Below, piece by piece: positions 20,549 through 40,405 of a stretch of 64,000 bases of DNA. A program made the translations under genes and the position numbers. The notes under the pieces were generated by a model. That model did not search any database. It was given only the letters and a program-made list of their open reading frames with translations, and was not told where the DNA came from. The stretch is from Mytilus trossulus. Its lineage: Eukaryota. Within the stretch, counting starts at the first letter, position 1; each line of letters opens with the position of its first letter. The stretch spans positions 46,128,001 through 46,192,000 of the forward strand of contig NC_086383.1 of the NCBI RefSeq assembly GCF_036588685.1. Reading direction: 5' to 3'.

Positions 20549-21875
20549 AACGTAATAAAAACGTGCCGTTCAATACGCGGCACATTCGTAACAAATCGTT
20601 TTGTATCCTTACCAATATACATGGTGTAATCGTTATAGTACATAATTCTCCGAAACTAGCCGTAGCAATCATTTAGGCCTACGAGTAAGAACTGATTAAT
20701 ACGGATTTGATAAGGACTATAACGGATTAGTACGGTTTTATACGGTTTAGTAAGGAGTCAAAATTTGCGCATGTTCAAAATGGTCAATGATATACAAGTA
20801 ATACTACGATCTACTACGTATGACTACGACGACAATACGGATATCTACGGACTGATACAGATTGCCTCGAATGATGCTGAATAGTATCCGTAGCTAATCC
20901 AGCCTCAAATCCATGATTGTGTGACCTAGTCATTATACATTTTAAAATATAAACATAACACTGCCAAATAAGAATATAAAAATGGTATATTCTAAGAAAA
21001 CAAACTCAACGACATAAATAGACTCGATGTCTTTACACACAAAGACAAATTGGTAAAATCATACAATAGCAACCTCTCATTTGTCCCTAGACTATAAAAG
21101 TTGTGATTGAGTTAACGACGGATATCGAATGTTTAAGCTTATGTGTTAAATATTTCTTTTTGATATCAGTTGTTAATGTATAAAAGATAATGACGCATAT
21201 TAATATATTTAAAAAAAAACATAACCTTTGGAGTTATATGTTCCAGTATATATATCCTTTCTCGTAAAATAATTATAGCGAGTACTTACTTTTCATCAGT
21301 TCATCAGCAGAATGAAAAATCAAACAGGAAATCCCTATAGTTTTTCTTCCGCGTAGATTGTATATATCTATTTCCATGTACACTTCAAATGTCAAGGCAC
21401 ATTATATTTAAATATCAATCTCGTTTAGTTTCGTTTTTGTAGTATCGACCTGCATTTAAAATATCAACAATACGACTGCCTCAAATGAAACATCTTTTTA
21501 TCATTTAATAAGAGTATTAATTTTATTCCCTTTTATTTTGATTTTGTTTTTACTTATGTAATTAAACATACATTTTACTTCATCTAGCATTAGAAGTATA
21601 TAAGTATCGTCTTTTACTAACAACGTTCCTCTTGAAGCATTGTTATAAAGTGCTAAAATAACTGTCCTGACTAGAAAAAATAACCCATTATAAACTGTCA
21701 ATTTATTTCGGTAGGAACAAATACTGAAATGTTTATCAACTTAGGACTTATATCATATAGAAGGTTTTGTTTCAACTCTCAGTAACAACTACTGTAATAT
21801 TGTTAACTAGTATATTTGTATTTCAAAGAGATAACCATTGCTTGAAAGCAGTAAACCATAGGTGGTATTAAGTTA

Positions 21876-22014
21876 AATAGTTATCAAAAGTACCAGGATT
21901 ATAATTTAGTACGCCAGACGCACTTTTCGTCTACATCAGACTCATAAGTGACGCTTTTATCAAAATAATTATAAAACATAACAAGTTCAAAGTTGAGGAG
22001 CATTAAGGATCCAA
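21876..22014 (-). mobile_element. Retrozyme fragment with mutated hammerhead (21911-21954)
   Basis: Reverse-complement match to the 356-bp unit; the core reads CUUAUGA. Confidence 0.7.
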
Positions 22015-22611
22015 TACGATTGTTGGAATAGATTTCCGAAAAATATATTACTGTAGGAATACGTTTACGTATTTATTGTATGGATGATATTACTGTAAGA
22101 AAATGGACGACAGCAGATCACGCCTTTAAAGTAAGGACTTTCATTTCTGTCTCATTTGAATATCCTCAAAAATGACATCTGTATAGTGTTTAGATTTATA
22201 ACTATGTGAAGAAGGAACATAATGTATAGCGCCTTTAAAAACATGAATGACTTGGCTAACACCTCAATTTTTTTCAATCCTTTCGTAAATTTATCTTATA
22301 TAAAAGATTAATAAAAGTAATAGACATTTGTGCAAAATATCTGTTCATTAACAAACATTTGACCGTCCATATAACAACAGCTTGTCAGAAATGAGCCTAA
22401 CAAATGATGTATGACACAAAATTGTTCGTTCATATGTCAAGTCTTTGACAGGGTACCTCCTACAGTAACATAAATAGATTGATTTTTATAATGTTTCATT
22501 TTAGAGACATGTTAACACTGTCGATTATCCTTCATGTCTTTTATTATTAGACATTTCTACTCCATTAATGTGAGTTATTACCGAATATGCACAAATTTGA
22601 AAAATTTGGCA

Positions 22612-22950
22612 ATAAAATCAACGGTACCAATTTTGTTGCACCAGATGCGCATTTCAACAAAACATGTCTCTTCAGTGATGCTCGTGGCCAAAATATTTGA
22701 AATCCAAAGCTTATATAAAAGATGAAGAGCTATAATCCTAAAGGTCCAAAAAGTATAGTCAAATTCGTGAAAGGAATCAGAGCTTTGCATGAGGGAGATA
22801 CATTCCTTAATTTATAATAATTTATAATATTTTGTAACAGCAAATTTAAATTACACAAAAAAATCCGTATTTTCATGCCAGTACCGAAGTACTGGCTACT
22901 GGGCTGGTGATACCCTCGGGGACTAATAGTCCACCAGCAGAGGCATCGAC
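22612..22950 (-). mobile_element. Second retrozyme family; hammerhead at 22638-22681
   Basis: GCAUCA-CUGAAGA-GACA uguuu UGUU-GAAA-UGCGCA-UC^UGGUGC. It shares the CCGAGGGUAUCACCAGCCCAGUAG box with family 1. Confidence 0.78.
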
Positions 22951-23154
22951 CTTGGCAAGAATCGTCTGCATATCGAATGCTGTATCTTTATATTCATTGG
23001 TATGCACAGATTCATATATCAACTGTTAATATTTCGTTCGTAACTGTGTGATCAAATCATATTTTAATGGGTGTTGATGTGAAATTAATGTTGCACATTA
23101 TGGACTTTTATTTAGAAAAATAATATTCTTTGTTCCTACCATATGTCTTTAAAG

Positions 23155-23787
23155 AAAAATTGAGAATGGCAATGGGGAATGTATCAAAGAGACAACAACC
23201 CGACCATAGAAAAAACAACAGCAGAAGGCCACCAACAGGTCTTCAATATAACAAGAAATTCCCGCACCCGGAGGCGTCCTTCAGCTGGCCCCTTAACAAA
23301 TATATACTAGTTCAGTGATAATGAACGCCATACTTATTTCCAAATTGTACACAAGAAACTCAAATTAGAATAATACAAGACTAACAAAGACCAGAGGCTT
23401 CTGACTTGGGACAGGCGCATAAATGCGGCGGGGTTAAACATGTTTATGAGATCTCAACCCTCCGCCTATACCTCTAGCCAATGTAGAAAAGTAAACGCAT
23501 ATAACAATACGTACATTTAAAATTCAATTCAAGAGAAGTCCAAGTCTGATATCAGAAGATGTAACCAAAGAAAATAAACAAAATGACAATTATACATAAA
23601 TAACAACAGACTACTAGCAGTAAACTGACATGCCAGCTCCAGACTTCAATTAAACTGATTGAAAGATTATGATTTCATCATATGAATATCAGGCAATATC
23701 ATTCCCGTTAGGGGTTTAGTATCATACCATCATAACATATATGAGAAGAACATAACCCGTGTCATGCCAACAAATGGTTTTTGAATA
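23155..23787. repeat. Common interspersed repeat (related pieces at ~2782-3040, ~8010-8093, ~36200-36345)
   Basis: Shared blocks such as aaagattatgatttcatcatatgaa...cccgtgtcatgccaacaa and aaattgagaatgg..atggggaatgt. Confidence 0.65.
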
Positions 23788-25041
23788 CCACTGCAGGAGT
23801 CTGGTAATAACATTCAAACCCGTTGGCCTTTGTTTGTAAATTTTTCATTTTCCTCCCCAAAAATGCCATAATTACATGAAGATTGTTATATACAAAACAT
23901 GAATAGCTGACAAATACTAGACAATACTAGTACAACTAAAGGCAACAGTAGTATACCGCTGTTCGAATTCATAAATCGATTAAGAAACATTTACCATCAA
24001 CATTCAGTTGCATCAGGAAAAAAGCATAAACACAACAACAACGAACAACACATAAACCAGATAGCTTGAATCTGTACAGGCAACACATGACGTGAATTAG
24101 TTTAAATCTATCCTCATTCATATCGTAACCATAATTAAGAAGTAAAACGAAAAATAAAAAAAAATCCTGTGCAGTACAGTTAGGAATAGGATTACCACTT
24201 TCAAATAAATTAAAGACAGCACCCTCAATTGACACATTGCATGCAGAAATGTTTGATTGTACTCAAAGATTTACCAAATACAATACTTGAATGATCAATT
24301 CACAAACAAACAAAAATTTCCTTTAAATTAGTTCCTTAACAAATGACTGTTCACTTGGCTCCAGTTGTGAAGAATTTTGAAGACCGTAGAATGCGGATTA
24401 TTGTGACAAACCAGTATACAGGACTTTGCTTACTACAATAATTAAGTAATTCAACAATTTAAAAGTAGCGATTATACACGCAAATGAATAAATACATGTA
24501 TTTAAGATCAATGAAAACGTTTAAAATAGCATAGCACTACAGTTACCGACAACAACCAACATAAAATCAAATAATATTTTGATGTCTTTTGAGCAATTTT
24601 AATCAATTACAATAGTTATATTCATTATATTTTATGATTTAAAACAAAATAAGTGAATCTCCAATCATAGCTTTGCGAATAGTATACAGCAATTGCATTG
24701 TTAAACATTGACTGCCAAATTCATTAGAATTCCAATACACAAAAAAACTTATAATTTCAAGCAATTTAATTCAAGTTATACTCTTTTCTATTATAATAGT
24801 TGTCAAATCAACTTTTTAAGACGCAATACATATGATTTTGTTTTAGAATATATCCAATAACTAAAAATCTGTGAATATATAAAAATAAAATAAAGAAATA
24901 TACTTTGTTCAATAGCAATAGAACCTTGCAACAACCGAACATATTAAAGTATTATTCGTACTGAGACAGGTATGATAGAAATGACAATTGTATCAATGGA
25001 GTTGTAGGAATGATATTATGTTTCATGATATTAACGATGAT

Positions 25042-30976
<5,935 letters not shown>

Positions 30977-31417
30977 TATTGACTCAGTGACTAGGAAAAA
31001 TCAAAATTTTCTATCAACACCAATTATTGCAGTCGGAAATTGGAAAAAAATTATCACCAAAATGTGTTTAACGATTTTCTGTGTTCTGTCTGACGTAGAA
31101 TGATCAATTATGCATATTTGATATAAACATATAAGTTTTTCTATTCGATTTACGTAAAAGTCATCAATATTTTGAAATGAGATGTGAACGGTAGTTCTTC
31201 ATCTGATTATTTATACTCTTTGTCGCCCTCAAGTAACAAGTTACAGTGTGCTTATTGTGATGTTTTTGTTTGTTTCACATATGATTTGATATTGCTTTTC
31301 AATTGGAAAACAACAGAAATAACTATGAATAAAGGAAAATTTCAAAAGGGTATTAAAAAGAAAAGATTGGCAACACATTGCAAAATGTACAAAACAAAAT
31401 AAAAGATCATGTCAGAT

Positions 31418-34272
31418 CATCTGTTAATGGTACTATGGCAACCTAACCTATCTTATTATATTGACCTGTAAACAGGCACTGATCTGTTAATGGTACTATG
31501 GCAACCTAACCTATCTAATTATATTGACCTGTAAACAGGCACTGATCTGTTAATGGTACTATGGCAACCTATCATATCTTATTATATTGACCTGTAAACA
31601 GGCACTGATCTGTTAATGGTACCAAGACAACCTAACCTATCTAATTATATTGACCTGTAAACAGGCACTGATCTGTTAATGGCACCATGCCAACCTAACC
31701 TATCTTATTATATTGACCTGTAAACAGGCACTGATCTGTTAATGGTACTATGGCAACCTAACCTATCTTATTATATTGACCTGTAAACAGACACTGATCT
31801 GTTAATGGTACAATGGCCACCTAACCGATCTAATTATATTGACCTGTAAACAGGCACTGATCTGTTAATGGTACCATGGCAACCTAACCTTTCTAATCAT
31901 ATTGACCTGTAAACAGGCACTAATCTGTTAATGGTACCATGGCAACCTAACCGATCTAGTTATATTTAACTGTAAACAGGCACTGATCTGTTAAAGGTAC
32001 TATGGCAACCTAACCGATCTAATTATATTGACCTATAAACACGCACTGATCTATTAATGGTACCATGGCAACCTAACCTATCTTATTATATTGACCTGTA
32101 AACAGGCACTGATCTGTTAATGGTACTATGGCAACCTAACCTATCTAATTATATTGACCTGTAAACAGGCACTGATCTGTAAATGGTACTATGGCAACCT
32201 ATCATATCTTATTATATTGACCTGTAAACAGGCACTGATCTGTTAATGGTACCAAGACAACCTAACCTATCTAATTATATTGACCTGTAAACAGGCACTG
32301 ATCTGTTAATGGCACCATGGCAACCTAACCTATCTTATTATATTGACCTGTAAACAGGCACTGATCTGTTAATGGTACTATGGCAACCTAACCTATCTTA
32401 TTATATTGACCTGTAAACAGACACTGATCTGTTAATGGTACAATGGCCACCTAACCGATCTAATTATATTGACCTGTAAACAGGCACTGATCTGTTAATG
32501 GTACCATGGCAACCTAACCTTTCTAATCATATTGACCTGTAAACAGGCACTAATCTGTTAATGGTACCATGGCAACCTAACCGATCTAGTTATATTGACC
32601 TATAAACAGGCACTGGTCTATTAATGGTACCATGGCAACTTAACCTATCTAATTATATTGACCTGTAAAAAGGCACTGATCTGTTAATGGTACCATGGCA
32701 ACCTAACCAATCTAATTATATTGACCTATAAACAGGCACTGATCTATTAATGGTACCATGACAACCTAAGCTATCTAATTATATTGACCTGTAAACAGGC
32801 ACTGATCTGTTAATGGTACCATGGCAACCTAACCTATCTAATTATATTGACCTGTAAATAGGCACTGATCTGTTTATGGTACAATGGCCCTCTAACCGAT
32901 CTAATTATATTGACCTGTAAACATGCTCAATTTGTTCATTGTACCATGTCAACCTTACCCAACAATTAATAATGACCTGTTAATTTTCACTAATCTGTTA
33001 ATGGTACTATGGCAACCTAACCGATCTAAATATATCGACGTTTAAACAGACACGGATCTCTTAATGGTACCATGACAACCTAGTATACCTCATTATATTG
33101 ACCTGTAAAAATTCATTGATCTGTTAATAGAACCATGTCAACCTAACCCATCAATTCATAATGACCTGAAAACATGCATTAATCTGTTAATAGAACAATG
33201 TCAACTCAACCCATCTATTTATAATGACCTTAAAACATGCATTAATCTGTTAATAGAACAATGTCAACCCAACCTATCTATTTATAATGACCTGAAAACA
33301 TATGCATTAATCTGTTAATAGAACAATGTGAAATCAACCCATCTATTTATAATGACCTGAAAACATGCATTAATCTAGATCTGTTAATAGAACAATGTCA
33401 ACCCCACCCATCTATTTATAATGACCTGAAAACATGCATTAATCTATTAATAGAACAATGTCAACCCAACCCATCTATTTATAATGACCTGAAAACATGC
33501 ATTAATCTGTTAATAGAACAATGTCAACCCAACCTATCTATTTATAATGACCTGAAAACATGAATTAATCTGTTAATAGAACAATGTCAACCCAACCCAT
33601 CTATGTATAATGACCTGAAAACATGCATTAATCTGTTAATAGAACAATGTCAACTCTACCCATCTATTTATAATGACCTGAAAACATGCATTAATCTGTT
33701 AATAGAACAATGTCAACCCAACCCATCTATCTATAATGACCTGAAAACATATGCATTAATCTGTTAATAGAACAATGTGAAATCAACCCATCTATTTATA
33801 ATGACCTGAAAACATGCATTAATCTAGATCTGTTAATAGAACAATGTCAACTCCGCCCATCTATTTATAATGACCTGAAAACATGCATTTATCTGTTAAT
33901 AGAACAATGTCAACCCAACCTATCTATTTATAATGACCTGAAAACATGCATTAATATGTTAATAGAACAATGTCAACCCAACCCATCTATTTATAATGAC
34001 CTGAAAACATGCATTAATCTGTTAATAGAACAATGTCAACCCAACCCATCTATTTATAATGACCTGAAAACATGCATTAATCTGTTAATAGAACAATGTG
34101 AACCCAACCCATCTATTTATAATGACATGAAAACATGCATTAATATGTTAATAGAACAATGTCAACCCATCCCATCTATTTATAATGACATGAACACATG
34201 CATATCTGTTAATAGAACCATATCAACCCTACCCATCTATTTATAATGACCTGAAAACAAGCACTGATCTTT
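31418..34272. repeat. 63-bp tandem satellite (~45 units, two subfamilies)
   Basis: Unit A, gatctgttaatggtactatggcaacctaacctatctaattatattgacctgtaaacaggcact, runs to ~33100. Unit B, aatctgttaatagaacaatgtcaacccaacccatctatttataatgacctgaaaacatgcatt, follows. Confidence 0.97.
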
Positions 34273-37200
34273 TAATTGTAAATTTGAAGGTCGTAAGCAA
34301 AGGTAAATGTACTGCTTCCGTTAGTTTGGAGATATTACTACTATTTCATTTTCATGAATTTCTATAATAATTAATATCAAACAAACTTTTTCAAAATCTG
34401 CATGATCTTAATTTGGCAATGAATAAGGGAATTGTTTACAGAAGTATGTCAAATGTTTGAATATGTTATTAATATGATTAACCAATACGAAAATATATAA
34501 ATCGACAGTATACTGTTCTGAAATCTTTGCCAAAATAAATATGTTTGTAGCGAGAGGAAATATTTTCTATTATGTCCGTTAGATAGGTCTTCATGGTCTT
34601 ACCAGTTTTGAAAGACTACGTGCATGCAAGTTTTCTTAAAGATTTATACTGCAAGCTTGCGGCAAGTTTACAGAAATCATGTTCGCAGTACAGAAATTAA
34701 CAACTATAAGTCACCATACGGCATTCAACAACGAGTAACACCAATACCGCATAGTCACCTATGCAAGGCCCTGACATTAAAAACGCAAAACACTTTCAAC
34801 AACCTGATTTATGTGTTTGGGCTTTTAATTTTGCCATTTGTGGAGGGTCTTAACGTTTGGAATTTGGTATTTTTGTTATTGTACTTATACAATAAGATGT
34901 ATTTTACAATGATGTGCACTCAGATCAAAGATGATTGATATAATTGACATTTTCCTTCTGTGATTTTACAACGGGTTACTCCTCTCTGTTAGGGTGAGTT
35001 ACCACCAATCCTCTCAATTGACGTACGACAATGATAAAACGATATCGCTCTCAAACCTTATAAATAAAAGCGATGAATGACAAATTAAAGTGAAGAGCGA
35101 AAGAGTTATGCATACATACTATTTAGCATGTACGTAAATCTATATGCAGTTTGTTATAATTCCGGTTTTGAAGCATCTGATATGAACATTAATAATTACT
35201 TAATGGCCTGCATTTTCTATGAATCTTTCAACATTTGAAAATGCCTGTACCAAGTAAGGAATATGACAGGTCTTGTCCATTCGTTTTTGATACGTTTTGT
35301 TATTTGATTTTGCTATGTGATTAAGGACATTCTGAATTGATTTTCCTCTCAGTTCAGTATTTTTGTAATTTTACTTTTTATTTCGCTCGTGCTATTGTTT
35401 ATGTTTTTAAATTCACAATTAAATTTAACACTTAACGCTTTCTTGTTGGAGTCAAAGTCAATTTATGAATCAGCAGGGATTGGTTTTAACTTATCTACAA
35501 TTGTATCAGGACATCGACACTAGACAAAATAATTTTCTAGGAAGTGTGAGAAGGCTGATATACAAATATTGTGTGTTTACATATACCTACCCTAATACTA
35601 TGCCTAGCATGCATATTGTTGACACTTACGTGATGATGTAAACACTTTTTTTTAATGTACCCATATACATATGGGTATTTAAAAAAAGAAGTTAACCCTA
35701 AACACAAATCGTTATTGTTTTTCAAAAAAAATATTGTTTTTTCTTAGTCTTTTTATGAAATACTAAGTAATTTCATTTCAATTCTGGTTAAATTTCAACT
35801 CGCTTAATTGATGTTGGTGATGACTTATCTGATAAAGCTACTATTTAGTGAGGTTCTTTCAATTTCCTTAAATTGTAATAAAGAGACACATGGTGTATGT
35901 TGTTCATGTTGCACTCTTTCGTTTATGGATTGAGATTAAACGTATGTGCTGATTATGACTTTAATTCTTGTACACCAAAAGCAAATACAATTTTGTTTTA
36001 TGATAAGTAGAACGTAATTTTGCCACATCATATACGAGTATAGAATAAAAAGACTGTAAATAGCTTAGTACATAGCGCACGTTTCCTATTAAGTGAGCGT
36101 TTATTACTAAAAAAAATAGGAAGTTAAAGTCTATCTGATATTTTCATCAATCGATAATTTGTAAACAAACAATTGGCTCAAAATCCCAGCTTCTATAAAT
36201 GGTGCCAGCTGCAGGACTCCTCCGGGTACGGAGTTTCTCGCTGCATTGAAGACCCATTGTATTGGTGGCCTTCGGCTGTTGTCTGTTCTATGATTGGGTT
36301 GTGGTCTCCTTGACAAATTCCCACATTCCATTCTGAATTTTATTTTACAGTGGCAACATCATGTTAGAGTTATTTTATGATTGACCATTGATGATTGTTT
36401 ACACACGAATTAGTGTACTATTAATGATTATCCTAATGATCTTGTTGCCTTGGGTCATTTAATAATGCAAAGTAACAGAACAAAAATAAGATGTCGCATG
36501 ATTTGGACTCTCCGCCAGAGTAGTCAAGAAACACTAGATATCACATATATCACCATACAGCCTTCAACAATTAACAAATCCATACTGCTTAGTCAGCTAT
36601 ACACGGCACTATAATGACAGCTAGGAAACAATGAAAGTTAAGTTTGTTTCTTTCGTACATACATAATTTTGAACTCTGAATCCGCACCCTTGATATGTGC
36701 ACATCGTTGAATTGAAATTAAAAACCATAAACGATAGTACATTACAGTAAGTACAGAAAATAAGCTGCTAAATGAAATGTAAATTTACCGTGTATTAGGT
36801 TGTTAATTTTGTGTTAGTATCCTTAACATGCACATGCTTAACAACTTTACTGAATTATGATACAAGGAAATTAAAAATTGACGAATTTGATCGGATATAA
36901 GATATCTACAGTACAAGGCAGTTGTTTCTTTTTTCTATTTACAACAATTTCATATAATAGGGAGGCTTAAATTTTGACATAGACACAGAAACCTGGTGGG
37001 ATGAGGGATGGATAAATCCCCTGCCACGTCTTGTCTGTTAAACTTGATGTTTGATGGTTTTCTTTTTTGTAATGACCATGCAGATGAGTTGAAATCGATT
37101 ACATATGTTAATATATAGATGCGCGTTTATAGTCTATTTGAGTCATTAGGTTTTATAATCCACACATTATTTGTAAACGCCATAATCCTTCGATTGGGTT

Positions 37201-37514
37201 CTCCGAAAGAAAAAAAAAAGAAATGTCCTAGCCCCCCTACACCAATTAATATTGTACCATAAACATTTTATCTTATTAACAATAATATATAATATTTGCC
37301 AAATATTGAGATAATACAAAAAAATACATAGAGGTTAGCAGGAAAAAATTGGACATAATAACAGACTACATCAACCACCAAAACCCGACTCCACGGAAAA
37401 AAGGAACATCGATCAGGAAATTAATCAAAACTTACAGGAACTACCAACAAAGTTGAACAGTACAACATACCTTAGCAACCTAATTACATAGTGACGAACA
37501 GTTGTTTTACGGGC

Positions 37515-38232
37515 ATGAACAACACTGACCTGCAAAATTGAGTTTTAATAAGGGACAGACAACACAGACCTGCAAAATAGTGCTTTGATGAGCGACACAC
37601 CACAGACCTGCAAAATTGTGCTTTGATGAGCGACAAACCACAGACCTACACAACTGTTGTTTGATGAACCACGAACAAAACAGACTTACAAAACTTTTTG
37701 GTGAGCGATAAGCAACATAGACCTACAAATCAGGGCTTTGATGAGCAATAAAACACAGACCCACAAATCTGTTTTTATGAGCGATTAACATCACAGACCT
37801 AAAAAAAACTGGTTTATAATGTGCGACGAACAACACATCCTACAAAACTGTGCTTTGATTAGCGATGAACAATACAGAACCACATATCTGTGCCTTGATG
37901 AGCTATGAACAAAACAGACCTACAAAACTGTTTTTATGAGCGATTAATAACACAAACCTGCAAAACTGCTATTTGATGAGCGACGAATATCACAGACCTA
38001 CAAAAATGTGCTTTAATAAGCAATGAACAAAACAGACCTACACAATTGTTTTGGTGAGCGATTATCAACACAAACCTATACAAAACTGTGCTTGTGAAGA
38101 GCGATGAATAACACAGACATACAAAATTGTTTTTGATGAGCGATTAATAGCCCAGACCTACAATACTGTACTTTGAAAAGCAATAAACAAGACAGACCTA
38201 CAGAACTCTTCTTTGATGAGTGACGAACAACG
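37515..38232. repeat. Degenerate ~41-bp minisatellite (~17 units)
   Basis: Consensus is approximately aacacagacctacaaaactgtgctttgatgagcgatgaac. Confidence 0.9.
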
Positions 38233-38343
38233 AAAACTTAACTCTGATACAAATATATCAAAAAGTAAGATGCGACCCCTGTTGGATCTAAGTCGGTTTA
38301 TTTTTTGTCCGGAATATTTTCCGTGTCCTTTAGAAGGTTTTGC

Positions 38344-40405
38344 TTAAGAACTTGTCCCAGACGCGTTGTCATCTCGTAAAGTAGTACTTCCATCATTACT
38401 TAGATCAAATTCTGAAACACGTCCATCTGCTCTACCAATCAGAGAAAAGAAATCATCGTCTTCTGTAGACGTCAGTGCTGTTCCATTGACCGATCTTGAA
38501 TCTATATCTGAATTATTAGGGTTCGCAGATGTATCTGTATTGATAGGGTCCGATTTGAAATCTATAGCCGAATTATTGGCGTTGGCAGATGTATCTGTAA
38601 TGGTAGGGAGTAAAGCAGCTACAATGTTTGATTTTTCGTCCGTTGTCTTGTCGTCCGGATCTTTATAAGCCAGCTTTTTATTATCATTAGGTTGTTCTGT
38701 CATAGACTGAGTTTGACCATCTACAGGACATCCAGGTATTGAAATCTATAAATATCGTTGAAATATTATTAATCAAGTTAAAGGTTTATAAATATTTTAT
38801 TTGGTCTAGAAAACTGGGACTCACTAAAAGTATTTTAAAATCTTCATAGACCTTTTTCCCAATTTGCATTGAATTCTAGGATACTAAGTATTATAATGCA
38901 CATTGCCATGGAATTGAAACCAATGGCTATCAATACAAACCGCCCGGTATCCATCTTTGGAAGCATGTATACTAGAGTTAACTTGACATCATACAAATCT
39001 ATGTAATGGTACTGATGTGGTTTATAGATATAGGAAGATGTGGTGTGAGTGCCAATGAGACAACTCTCCATCCAAGTAACAATTTAAAAATTAAACCATT
39101 ATAGGTTAAAGTACGGCCTTCAACTTTAGTTTGTTAATTTGGGCTCGCCTTTAATTAAGAATTGAATGCTTCTGTTTGCAACTTCATTGGGGTGTAAAGG
39201 CGTTGACCGAAGTACATGCGGACGCACATTCTCAAAATGTGCGCACGATCAACGCTTTTACAACCCTATGACGTTACAAAAAGAAGCATTCGATACTTAT
39301 AATTATTATTTTTAGATAGGATCATGAAAACACGAATTTCATCATTTTTTTTAAATTTAATTCACATGTGCACAGGCTTTATTGTGGTACCTCGTGCTAT
39401 CAGGAATGATAAGTTTTATTGTGTAATGCAATTGCTTAAGGTGATGTGCAGTTAGCCAATCAGAATATCGTATTATAATGAAACATACATCTGATGTAAT
39501 TATTTTATATTAAACAATACTTGAAGCGCTAAAACAATTTTACATGTTCTAAGGATTGAACAATATAAAATAATTCACGAAAAGTAAGAACAATATACCA
39601 GAATATTTTGTTAAAAGGGATATTCATAAAGTTTCAACAAAAAAAAGGTGCATACAAATGATAAAACTAGTAAATACATAGATGAAGTATGAATAAGAAT
39701 GAATTAATAAAATTGATAAGATCAGCAATAAAAAAATGAAAAAGATAAGTATACATTTATTTTTAAAAAAAATTGTTGTAGAAATAAAACGATCAGGAGA
39801 TAGTGAAATTGTTCATTGATATTCTAAGTTACATCTGTTACAATATGTTCTATAGTTTAGATCTGTCCAAAACTATTTTAGAAGCTATTCTGATGTTTTT
39901 TTTTATGAGAACTGTTCTACCGAATACCGTTTTCTATACAAGTTCTCTTGACAGATTTTAAGAGCGTTTCAAAACTGATCTACATTGTAAAGTCAAAGTT
40001 TTGTTTTCGTATTTAAGCCAATAAATAACTTGCCTGTATGTTGTTTTCTTCTTTTGCTCCCGGATTTCTTTTTTGGAGATTTTCTGCGATTTTCTCCGTC
40101 GTATTTTGTTGCTGCGATGCCGTTTTTGTGATACCTTGACTATGATTAACTTTGTGACCTCGCATAAAATGTTCTTGATCTCGTTTTGCGACATTTGTTG
40201 CTGTCGCAGAAGAAGCTGACACTTTTTCTTGTGATTTTTTGTTACTTGGTTTTTTGATACTAGATACTGTTTTGGTTTGGCTTGGGTTTACTGGATTGTA
40301 TATGCCTTCTCCAAAAACTGCATTTTGTATGCTAATCCTTGCATTCATAGCAGTATGTTCTATGTTTTCTTTTGCTTATGTTTTCGTTGGATATTTATCC
40401 TTCTT
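38344..40405 (-). pseudogene. Copy C: truncated paralog of gene A (exon 1 40405-40034; 5' part of exon 2 38745-38344)
   Basis: QNAVFGEGIYNPVNPSQTK matches gene A QNVIFGEDINSPGNASKTK. Exon 2 starts ISIPG as in gene A, and DDKTTDEKSNI matches DDTRTVEKSNNI. The ancestral ATG position reads AAG (40405), and there are in-frame TAAs at 40378 and 38346. No macro, RING or DTC sequence follows. Confidence 0.8.

Larger units (their letters stand above)
18773..20932 (-). mobile_element. Degenerate PIF/Harbinger DNA transposon
   Basis: TIRs TGCCTAGGTCACACATTCACGGAT / ATCCATGATTGTGTGACCTAGTCA, flanked by TGA/TTA, with TACGG-rich subtermini. ORF 19191..19460 (GQFEPLM..FKNFERI..MFQELLHGIGPRI) resembles the Harbinger transposase N-terminus. 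Confidence 0.78.

Noticed and set aside
33956-34246. ORF with a 21-aa Cys-containing repeat (LLIEQCQPNPSIYNDLKTCIN)
   Set aside because: It arises because the satellite unit (63 bp) is a multiple of 3. Neighbouring units carry +2 frameshifting indels and an in-frame-stop-prone 6-bp insertion, and there is no splice or start context.
31418-34272. CRISPR-like regular repeat
   Set aside because: The units are contiguous with no unique spacers, there are no cas genes, and the context is eukaryotic.
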